This document shows, one piece after another, positions 51,253-64,000 of a DNA stretch of 64,000 nucleotides (within the stretch, counting starts at the first letter, position 1; every line of letters begins with the position of its first letter). Both the position numbers and the translations under genes were made by a program. The stretch is from the human T2T-CHM13v2.0 reference genome, Homo sapiens, in the NCBI RefSeq assembly GCF_009914755.1, contig NC_060926.1; one strand, 5' to 3'. The notes beneath the pieces are model-generated. The model was given only the letters and a program-made list of their open reading frames with translations, ran no database searches and had not been told where the DNA came from.

Positions 51253-52519
51253 TAAAGGAACCCAGCTCTGGTTTCCTGTCTGCTGGGAGCCAGATGATTG
51301 CCATGATGCGGAAAAGAGTCTGACCAGCTCCAACAGCAGTGAGGAGCGTCAGCACACTACTTTTGTCTTTCTCACAGTATTCATTCATTCACTGAGGTGC
51401 TTTAGAAAACAGAAGAGAGAAGGTATTCCAACTGTTATTAACATCATAGAAATTGGGCATTATGAAAGGGTACTTTGGCATTCAAATAATTGGGGTACCC
51501 TGGAGCCTGCTAACTAAAATTAAACTTGAAGCTTTTCCAGGGCTTTCTGCTTGACGTTGGCAAGACACACTGTGAGCTGCTCGTGGCTCCTTGGAGCTGG
51601 CCTGTGGGCAGGCATCAGTGTGAGTGGTTCCACTCTGGTGGCTCAGCAGATGAGAGGTGACCTTGAGTCCCTGCAGCTGCCCTTGCTCTGTCCCTCTGCT
51701 GTCATCTTTGGCTGCCATCTAGACCCCTCAGACATTCTTCTTGGGATTCAGTCACACGACCACTGTTCCAGGGGATCTTCCAGGGCCTGCTTTCTTCTGT
51801 TCGTGATAGAATCATCCCAGTGTGGCAGGCCATGGAGAATTGTGTGCCTTGTTCTAGAGAAGTTTGAAAGCAAAGGAGTGAGTCCCTTTCTGTAGGAAAC
51901 CTGCCAAAGGGGCTGGCTTCCTGGGAGAAGGGAGCCGAGATGAGGCCTCTCTGCGCCGAGGTGGCCATTTAGATCCTGGGCTTTGGTGCTGGAATCCAAG
52001 ACATTAACCAAAACCACATGTCGCACTTGGCCTTCCTGGCCTGGCCTGGCCTGACAGGTTTGTACTCTGGTGGGGCAGCCGTGGCCCATGTAGAGACGGC
52101 ACCCAGCACAAGCACTGAGGGTTAGAAGGTGTCTAGAAACGCGGTTCAGCAGGGCTGAGTGGCAATCTCCAGGGGCCCTAGCCTTCCTCCCGGAAAGCGG
52201 GGAGACGATTCATGTGGCCATTTCCAGCTTTTTGTCCAGGGCAATGCAAGCATCCTGGAGAACTGTGCTTTATTTAATCAAGCCCATGGGATGTAAAGTA
52301 TGATCCACACAACAACACAAACTTGACTGTTTGATTTCCCAGGAGAGTCTTGAAGCAGATACCCCCTCACAGGCAGGTCCAGGCCAGTTACCCCTCAGCG
52401 TTTCCACTAGTGACAAACGAGGGCCTGGTTGAATGAGTTGCTCCCATCCCCCTGTCCTGGACCTGTGCCGCCCAGGCCGGCAGCCCCCTCCACCTGGGGC
52501 TGTGCTACCTAAAGGTGGA

Positions 52520-52755
52520 GTCTGAGTTGAGATGTGCTGTGAGCATAAAACACACCAGATTCAGAGAGTGCAACATAGACAAAATGTCTATGAATATTTT
52601 TTGTATTGATTACGTATTGAAATGCTATTTTGACTATATTGGGTTACTTACAATATATTATTAAACTTAATTTTATGTGTTTCTTTTGACTTTTTTAATG
52701 CAGCTATTCAGATTTTAAATTACTTAGGTGGCTTGCATTCTGTTTTTTTCAGACG
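52520..52755. mobile_element. MER33-like hAT relic
   Basis: GAGATGTGCTGTGAGCATAAAACACACCAGATT...TTAAATTACTTAGGTGGCTTGCATT. Confidence 0.6.
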
Positions 52756-53590
52756 GGTCTAACGTAGTGTGGATGAAAAGCACTTATCTGAGACATAGTA
52801 AATTCCTGAAGCCTCCCCAGCATTCCCCAGCACTCTGAGACTTGGGCTTTTTTCCAAGCTTACATTCCCTCACTAAGCAAACAAACCAAATAGGAAGCTA
52901 ACCTGAGAAAGACATATAGGGTAAGGTGGAAAATCTCAGCCTGGTGCTCCTCCTCCCTGCACAGCTTGGCTCCCGAGTGGCCAGCTACCACTCTTCTCAT
53001 CCCCTAGTTGACAGCCCCTAATGGGCAGCTTTAAGAATTAGGAAAACCAAAAGATACACAGACACACACACATACACACAGTCTATCTGTCTGTCTGTCT
53101 ATCTTTCTATCTCTTTCTAATTTCTATCATAAAGAAGGACAAGAAGCCATGCACATTTATGTAGGATGGACAGCATATATATTTACTTTAAGAAGAAAAA
53201 GACTTAGGAAATCCTCCCAAGGACAGTCAGGCTGGGTGGCCCCACTCAGCTGCCCCGTGTGGACTGTCGCAGGAGAGCCTGTGTTTCCAGAGTCAGTGCC
53301 CTTGTTAGCCTGCATGTGCAGGCTGGCTGATGTGTGAGGCATTTGTGTTCTCCACTGGAGGGAGGCATCCTTGTCTAAACTGCATCCATGTCATGGAGGT
53401 GCACGGACCTGGAGCTGGATCCCAGCTCTGCCAGCTCTGCCTGGGGGGCCTTGTGCAGATGGGCATGAGCCCACTGCTTCATTTTCAACCTGTGTGAAAA
53501 TAAGGCCAGTTCTCATAATCACGCTGGGAGTCTTAAGTAAAAACCTAGAAAAGAGTGTGGCTCTGTGCCTGGCACGTTGTAGGAGCATGA

Positions 53591-53959
<369 letters not shown>

Positions 53960-54250
53960 TGAGCCCTGCATGGGTGCTGGCAGAGAGCCCCCTTGCAGGA
54001 GGGCTCACGCCTGCACCTCCACACAAGCATGGTTGCCTGTGCCAGCGGTGGCCTTGCAATCCCAGGGCTCACCTGGGGCTCCATTAGCAGCAGTCCTATT
54101 AGTTTCCTCCATTACTGAGAGAGCTCTGCCCTTCATGGGCCTTTCCCAGTCTTCTGTCTCCCTAGGTGCTTTTGTTTTTGCAGGTTCTTTTGTACATTAC
54201 AGAAATGTCCCCTGAAAGAACCCACTGTTTGCCATGAAGAAAGTCTTCCT

Positions 54251-55143
<893 letters not shown>

Positions 55144-55462
55144 TAAATTTAAAAAAGTTTTTAGTCTACATCCAGTGACCTATCAGGGATGCTTGTTATT
55201 TTATACAAGCTGCTTTGTTATCATATCAGCATTCTCTTCAGCCAGCTCCAAGGCAGATAGTCACCCCTCTCTCTGTGTGGTTGGGGTGGGAGCAGGCCCC
55301 GTGGAGGGAGCGGTGCTGAGGACATGTCCCTGGCGTTCCGATGCTGCTCCATCGAGGACCCCCTGGCCTCAGGAGGAAGGAGCAGGCGATGCAGCCCCTT
55401 AGTGTGGTCGTGTTGACTGACAGGTGGCTGATGCCTGAGCGCGCCCTCTTCTTCCATCTTAG

Positions 55463-55612
55463 GAGACACCGTGGTGAAGAGGAAGCCTGCTTCTCTGATG
55501 GCCCCTCTGAAGCGGAAGGAGGAGTTCTCCTTGTTCAAGGTGTCTGATGATGAATATAAAGTAACAATCTCGCCTCAGCTGCTCTTGGCCACCCAGCGCT
55601 TCCTGTCCCGAG
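55463..55612 (+). CDS. CNNM3: CNNM3 exon 3 (150 nt): [50 protein letters not shown]
   Basis: CTTCCATCTTAG acceptor, G|GTGAGG donor. Confidence 0.96.
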
Positions 55613-55896
55613 GTGAGGCGGGAGGGTGGTCCATGCCCCCTGCTCTCCTCACCGTTCTGTGGGTCAGGAGGCCGCCCAGGGCCGACACTGACTCTGCTCC
55701 CCACTCCTAGCAGGCGGGTGCGTCTTGAGGACTTCTGTGTTCTCTGCAGCCCTGCCAGCATCTTGGGTCATGGGAGAGACACCTCCTCTCTGCCAGATGA
55801 CCAAGAGCAGGGCCAGGCCAGTGCCACGCCTGGTGCACCACAGCCAGGGGGCCTCAGCTCTCAGCTGGGCGGATGTGGGGTGCCCTGCCCAGTTCT

Positions 55897-56587
<691 letters not shown>

Positions 56588-56689
56588 TAGGAGAAGAGGG
56601 GAGCAGGGGCATGCGGATATGCACCCTCCCACCCCAAACAATTGAGGTGGTGGGTTTCTCCTTCCGCTGTCTTCTGACGGGAAAGGTAA

Positions 56690-56842
<153 letters not shown>

Positions 56843-57196
56843 TGATGCTGAGGGCCAGGGTGGAGGCTGCAGAGCCTGTCCCCCATCATCACTTGGGCTC
56901 TCAGTGCCCCTCCTCACCTCTCCTTCCACCTGAGCCCACCACCCCACAAGGTGGTGTAGCCCCTGGGCTTCCAGGAGGGAGGGCAGCATTCTTCATCGCT
57001 CAACTTTGTGGCCCACTCCACCCCTGCAAAACCTCTCCCGGCTGTGTTTGTCCTTCTCTCCCAGCTTCCCATGCACATTGCCTCTCCAGAGTGATTGGTG
57101 GGGTGGGTCTTCGAAACTGTACAGTTGTCCCCACCAGGGGAGGAGGCTCCCAGCTGCCAGCATGGCTCCTGCCATCACTGATTGTTCCTTTGATAG

Positions 57197-57330
57197 TTCA
57201 CCAGTCCCCGGTGTCCTCGCTCCAGCCCATCCGCCATGACCTGCAGCCCGACCCAGGTGACGGCACGCATTCATCTGCGTATTGTCCCGACTACACCGTG
57301 AGGGCGCTCTCTGATCTGCAGCTCATCAAG
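57197..57330 (+). CDS. CNNM3: CNNM3 exon 6 (134 nt): VHQSPVSSLQPIRHDLQPDPGDGTHSSAYCPDYTVRALSDLQLIK
   Basis: TTCCTTTGATAG acceptor, AAG|GTGACT donor. Confidence 0.93.
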
Positions 57331-57625
57331 GTGACTGCCTGGGCTGCTTGTGGGTGCTGGCTTTAGCCGACTTTGTGTCACCGGGGGCTAGACCAGCTGG
57401 TCTGAGACTGCCCGGAACAAGGCCTTCCACTCATCCTGAGGGACACAGACCTTTGCACCCAGTTTCCAAGCAAGGTCTTAAAAACACTTGACTCAGTTGC
57501 TCTTCTCTGCCCTTAACTAGCTTAAAGTTGTGCCTCTGTCCTCTTCGGGCACGGTGTCACCTTTCCTGCCTACCTTCTGCATCTCGCTTCACCAATTGGG
57601 TCCCAGTAACGCTGTCATCCTCCAG

Positions 57626-57764
57626 GTTACGCGACTGCAGTACCTCAATGCACTCCTGGCTACCCGAGCCCAGAACCTGCCACAGTCCCCTGAGAACACC
57701 GACCTGCAGGTTATTCCAGGCAGCCAGACCAGGCTCCTTGGTGAGAAGACCACCACAGCGGCAG
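57626..57764 (+). CDS. CNNM3: CNNM3 exon 7 (139 nt): VTRLQYLNALLATRAQNLPQSPENTDLQVIPGSQTRLLGEKTTTAA
   Basis: TCCTCCAG acceptor, CAG|GTGAGT donor. Confidence 0.95.
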
Positions 57765-57926
57765 GTGAGTGCCAAGTGGTACATCGTGCATGGTGTCTGG
57801 ACCTGAGGGCCGTGAGCTCACACACACAGACTTGCACTCTCGCCGCCCCCCCACCCTCTGTCTTTTTTCTCTCTTTTCTCCCCATCCTTTTCCCTTCTTT
57901 ATATATATATATCTATATATAAATAA

Positions 57927-58252
<326 letters not shown>

Positions 58253-60093
58253 TAATTCATTATTCAACTTGAACTTCTTGCTGTCTTTAATAGCATGGAT
58301 GACACCAAACTATAGACTAACTGGTATTTAGAGTAGAGTATAGTAAGTCGGTATTTCTCTCAAGGACGTCTTAGAATGGATTGACTTAATCAGAGATTTG
58401 TTGGGAAGTGGGAATAAGTTTTAGTTCAGACACTCTTTTGGCCATTTAAGATTAAGTTTAGGTCACTTTGAGTCAGCAGTGGCCCTGGCTTAGAGGGTGT
58501 GTGGCTGGCAGACACCATCCTAGACACTAGAAGGGCATTTGTGAAGAGTTTGGTCAGTTCATACTAATATTTAAGCGTGGCCCATCCAGTGCTCCACTGC
58601 GAGCAGGAAGATTGTGTTGGAAGAAATTTTGCAAATCGAACTAAAGGTTGTGGGATATGGAACCCCATCCCCACACTGCAAGGAGGGAGGTGAAAGAGTC
58701 TGAAGTGTAGGCTGTGGGTAGGAGTGGTGAAGGGTTTCTTGTTCTTGTTTTTCAAGAAGATACTTTAATTCTGATTGCGTTCCTAAGGTTGGGGTCAGAG
58801 ATATGCCTGAACTTGAGATTCCTGGAAGAGCTGGTGGGGCTGTGGAGGGAGCTGCAGGCTTGCCTCCTCCCACCCCCACCTGCCCCACCACGAGGAAGAC
58901 AAGCTGTTATCAGCGCTTCCTCTGCCAGGCACTGTGCTAGGAGCTTCCATGTCTAACTCTGCTAACCTCCCCGTGGCCAGAGGGCTGCTAGCTGTTCTGC
59001 CTGTTCTACAGGGCAGGAATGAGAGCCAGAGAGAAGGCCCAGGGACTCTGACCTGCTTCCTGTAGGCCTCCCGTGGAGCCACTGTGGCTGCTCAGACCCA
59101 CACTCGAGAGCACAAACATGTTTTTCTAATAGTCCTTTCTGAATTGTGAGGTCACATGCAGGTGCAAGGGACAGAAATCCCACCCTGGGCCATGTGGATG
59201 CTTCAGCCCCTGTGGGCTCCAGATCTGGGTGTTGGCAAAAAGGCAGCGGGTGAGGTCGTGCTGCTTAAGTCTTGGATCTGGGGATGGGTTGCATCTCTTC
59301 CTAAAGAGATCTCTCTAAGGATGGTGCTGCACTTTTTTTTAAGAGATAAGGTCTTGCCATGGTGCCCAGGCTGGCTTCATACTCTGGGCTCAAGTGATCC
59401 TCCTGCCTCAGCCTCCAAAGTAGCTGGACGAGTAGCTAGTGCCGCACCTTTTAGGGTTGTTGAGGCTTCTGTGCTTACCCACTGTGATGGTTTCTTATTG
59501 TATGGGGTGCCCCTTCTACAGAAGTTCACATTGTCACATTACACTGGGGTCTCAGAGGCCAAGGTTTTAAAAATGGGAGTCTTTTGGTTTTGGTTCTCCC
59601 ACATGTGAGCCTTTTTCTGGCTCACTGCTACTCAGACTGCACGTGTTGTAGTGAAGATACAGACCTAATCCCAAAATAATGCTCTTCCCATCACTGCACA
59701 CCCGGAGATTTTTAAATAATCTTCACTGGGCCGTCCTGTAAGAGAATAGTTGATAGTGGCTTTGTGGGTCATTTCCTCTTTGTAATGGATTATTCTCTAG
59801 ACACAATGTTGGTTATTTTCACTTAAGTACAACCTGACAGTTGCTTCAGTGAGGCTGGCCTGCTGTCTTTCTGTTTCTTGCCTGAACTCGGGTTGTCCTG
59901 CATTTTGTCCCGTGAGCTTGGCACTTCACTGTCCGGAGGAGCGTAGGGCCGCTGCACACCTGGAGATTTTGGTGGGGCACTGCTTAAATCATGCAGATGA
60001 GAACCAGTTTCTGGAGACCTTGGCACTAGACGCCCAGCAGAGAAGTGCCTTTTTTGAGACTTGGAAGACACAATAATTTTAAATTGCCTACAG

Positions 60094-60303
60094 CAGGGGT
60101 TGGCAAATAGTGGTGCAAGGGCCACATCTGGCTAGCAGCCTATTTTTGAGAATGAAGTTTTATGAGAACCCACACATCTGTTTGTAGATTGCTATGGCTG
60201 CCTTTGAGTTACAGCAGTGGAGCTGAGTAGCTGTGACAGAGACTATATGACCTACAAAAACTAAAAATATTGGTCCTTTACAGAAAAAGTTGTCTGACCC
60301 CTG
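60094..60303. mobile_element. MER58A-like hAT-Charlie MITE
   Basis: TIRs CAGGGGTTGGCAAA ... TTGTCTGACCCCTG; internal GAGTAGCTGTGACAGAGAC. Confidence 0.8.
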
Positions 60304-61181
60304 GCCTACTATTTCAAATCCTGGGTAGGTCCTCCACGTCAGTTCTTCATGGAACTGTATTGCCGAGGGAAAGGCAGTCCCCACACTGTGCAGCCCTCCA
60401 TGCTGTGCTCCTGGCTTTCTCTGCCATCCTGAGCCGCAGGCTGTGGGGCAGCGCAGCACCAGCACTGCAGCTGCCAGCTCTCCCTCAGCTTCCCCTGCCC
60501 GGGGCACCGGCCCTCTCCATGGTGCTGCCCGGAGCCAAGAGGCACAACCATTTCTGCTCAATAGCTTCTCCTCTTCTTTCTCTCTCTGCTCTCTTTAGCC
60601 TTCCCAGTAGACCTTTCCCTCTTTGGCACAGTTGGAAACTGCAGTTGATAAATGACTGTGGACTAGTGCGCGTTTTTTGTTTTCAGAGCACACGTAAGGT
60701 AAATATCTTCCCTCTCCCTGCCCCTTCACTTCCCTTTCCTGGCCCTTCAGCTGAGGGAGGAGCAGAGCCCATGGCTCCCCAGGCTGGGGGGCATTTTTCT
60801 CCAGGGGTGTGGGGTGGGCGCTCCCTTCCATCCTTCTGGAAGACAGGAGGGGTCATGAGACTCCTCCACTGTGGAAAATGGTGCTTCCTTCCAGCACAGG
60901 GTGCTGTATCGTCCCGGGAAGGTGCCTCTTGTTCAGCATAATGACCTGGGACCCTCGGGGCCAGAAATCCACAGCCCCAGCTTCCCCGTCTCCCAGGGAA
61001 GGCATCTGTTGGCTGACCATCTGCTAACCAGTCGCTCCTGTTTCTGCTCTGATACTTCCCAAGGCATCCCGAAGCACCTGTCTTAGCTGCCCCTTCCTGT
61101 CCCACAGAGGATTTGGCACTTGGTTTTGACAGGATACTTTACCAGCTTTGATGTTAATTCTCCTTCCCTTGTCTCCTGTAG

Positions 61182-61246
61182 GGTCCAGCCACAGCAGGCC
61201 CGGCGTCCCGGTGGAAGGCAGCCCTGGGCGGAACCCAGGCGTTTAA
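61182..61246 (+). CDS. CNNM3: CNNM3 exon 8 coding part (65 nt): GSSHSRPGVPVEGSPGRNPGV*
   Basis: TCTCCTGTAG acceptor, TAA at 61244-61246; total CDS 2124 nt = 707 aa. Confidence 0.95.
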
Positions 61247-62425
61247 CGGCTCACTAGGCAGCCCCAGATCTGGGGAACAGATGAGCACGTGGGGAGCTGG
61301 AGTGAGCTGAGCAGAAGTTTTGTGCCCGCCTGCCCCCATCCCCTCCAGGCCACGTTTTAGATGGCCCTTGTAGTTGCGGGTCCTGGGTGTCCTCAGAACT
61401 AGACATCAATGCCTGGATCCTTCAGCCGGCCCTGCCCTCCTTTAGGAGACAGGAGTCACCAGGGCACAGCCCTCCAGGCCCGCCTCAGGAAGGAATGAAA
61501 GGAATGCCATCATCTCTAGTTCCCAGGGCCCAGCCTTCCCCTTCTCCCCCGGGGCAGGGACAGTGCGGCATATTCAGATTCAGACCTCTTTGGGCTGAGC
61601 CACCTTGTGAGTGCAGTTACTGCCTTTGTGTGGCCGTGACCTCTATTTGTTTGCTTTTAATTTGCCAACCTATCGCTGCTGGCAGCACTTTTTGAGCAAG
61701 CCGAGAGCACCCATTTTGGCTGGGGGTTCAGATCGATGGCCTTGTCCATGTTGTCCTTTCTGGCTTCCCTGATGGTGTCATGTTTCAGCGCATGCGCCCC
61801 AGCCTTTCCCATGTGCCAAACCAGAAGCTCCACTGCCCGTAGGCTGTCCCTGTAGCCCTGCTCCCTCCCTGGAGGCTGCTCTTCTGATTCTGAGAGCTGG
61901 CCTAGTGGTGCTGAGGGCCCCTTTCTGCTTCTCTGCCCACCTGCTGAGTTGCCACTCGCAGTGTTGTCAGTTCCCGTGTTCTGAGAAGAGGTCATGCCTG
62001 GGAGGAAGGGATCGTCATGCTGCATCGAATCCTCTCTCCGCCGTGTGGCCCCCAGGAGAGTAGCTGCCTGTTGCACCTGCTCCACACCTCCCCACAGCCT
62101 CCCTGCAGGTGCTGTGTGGCCGTGATGTGCAGAGAGCAGTGAGGGAGGGTTCATGAACCAGGTGGATCCTCTTTAAAAAAAAAAAAGTTTTTGTTATATC
62201 TCTAGAACATTTCAAGTCTTTTCCTTTTTTTCTGTTCCTAGCTATGGGGTTTTAGAGAAGTGGGAACAGGAAGGCATTTGTCTTTTTCTTCTAGTTTACT
62301 ACATTTTCCTTCCGTAGTTCTTCAGCTGTGTGGAAACGGGCATCACAAGGACATAGGATCATAGATTGGGTAGGGAGGGAGGAGGATTTCTGGAACTTTT
62401 CTCAAAGGAATTTGGACCCTTATAA

Positions 62426-63275
<850 letters not shown>

Positions 63276-63279
63276 GATT

Positions 63280-64000
63280 CACAGAAGAGTTTCATACACC
63301 TTTCACCCAGGTTCCCCTAATGTTAACAGCTTACATATAACCTTGGTACATTTATCAAAACTAAAGGTGCAATCATACTAATAGCTAGAGTTTATTTGGA
63401 TTTTACCATTTTTCCCAATGTCCCTTTTCTGCTGCAGCAGCCAATCCAGGATGCCATACTGCACTTAGAGCTGTTGCTTTCTTTTTTCCTAACTTTATAT
63501 TTTGAAATAATTTCAGATGATAGGAAGTTGTAAAGGTAAGGGCCCCACGCACCCTTCATCTAGTTTCCCTCCATGGTTACATCTTATATGGTTGTAATGC
63601 AGTATTCCAACAAAGACTCTGACACTGGTGCGATGTGGGTGGACAGTCCAAATCATTTGTCACATGTACATCTGTGTAACTACCACTGCAATCAGGATAA
63701 AGAAGTCCCATCCCCACAAGGATCTCCCTCCCCACCTTCCCTAACTCCTGGTAACCACTAATCGTTCATCTCTTCTTATTTTGTCATTTCAAGAATGTTG
63801 TATAAATGGGAGCATAGTGTGTAAGCATTCGGGATTGTCTTTTTTCACTCGGCGTCATTCTCGGGAGATCATCCAGGCATTGCATGTGTCAACAGTTTGC
63901 TCCTTTTTATTGCTGAGTGGTATTCCGTGGTGTATGCATTGGCCCCCTGAAGGACACCTGGGATGTTTCCAGTTTGGGGCTATTCCAAATAAAGCTGCTA
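63280..64000 (-). mobile_element. Old antisense L1M fragment(s)
   Basis: TTTTGTCATTTCAAGAATGTTGTATAAATGG...CTTTTTATTGCTGAGTGGTATTCC...TTTCCAGTTTGGGGCTATT. Confidence 0.75.
63988..63993 (+). terminator. CNNM3: Distal CNNM3 poly(A) signal candidate AATAAA inside the antisense L1 fragment
   Basis: AATAAA seen directly; the cleavage site would fall just beyond the window. Confidence 0.5.

Noticed and set aside
60270-60941. 223-aa ORF in CNNM3 intron 7
   Set aside because: Starts in the MER58-like element with a non-ATG codon and has no recognisable homology; the only credible signal inside it is the microexon candidate

Overview
Primate, almost certainly human, genomic DNA from the 2q11.2 CNNM4-CNNM3 locus. 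Both genes are on the + strand. The window starts inside the long Alu-dense intron 1 of CNNM4, whose exon 1 lies upstream. It contains CNNM4 coding exons 2-7 (25642-38147), the 3'UTR to about 40.5 kb, and the intronic miRNA hairpin MIR3127. After a 4.4 kb intergenic gap come a CpG-island promoter and the complete 8-exon CNNM3 CDS (44908-61246; exon lengths sum to 2124 nt = 707 aa + stop) with its 3'UTR. The rest is interspersed repeat (many Alus, L1/L2/MIR fragments, DNA-transposon relics, a 5'-truncated SVA with a 15-bp TSD) plus two CA-rich tandem repeat blocks. I found no prokaryotic-type system such as CRISPR. The best leads are all inferences needing RNA or comparative data: (1) CNNM4 and CNNM3 exon 2 are nearly identical, including synonymous sites, suggesting gene conversion of the PRL-binding loop exon; (2) an in-frame 63-nt cassette exon candidate in CNNM4 intron 5; (3) a candidate internal CNNM4 promoter/first exon with CRX/NRL-like motifs that could yield a soluble CNBH-only protein; (4) a 7/12-nt microexon candidate that would swap the CNNM3 C-terminus; (5) a minisatellite carrying about one metal-response-element core per unit. 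Repeat boundaries and subfamily calls were made by eye and are approximate.
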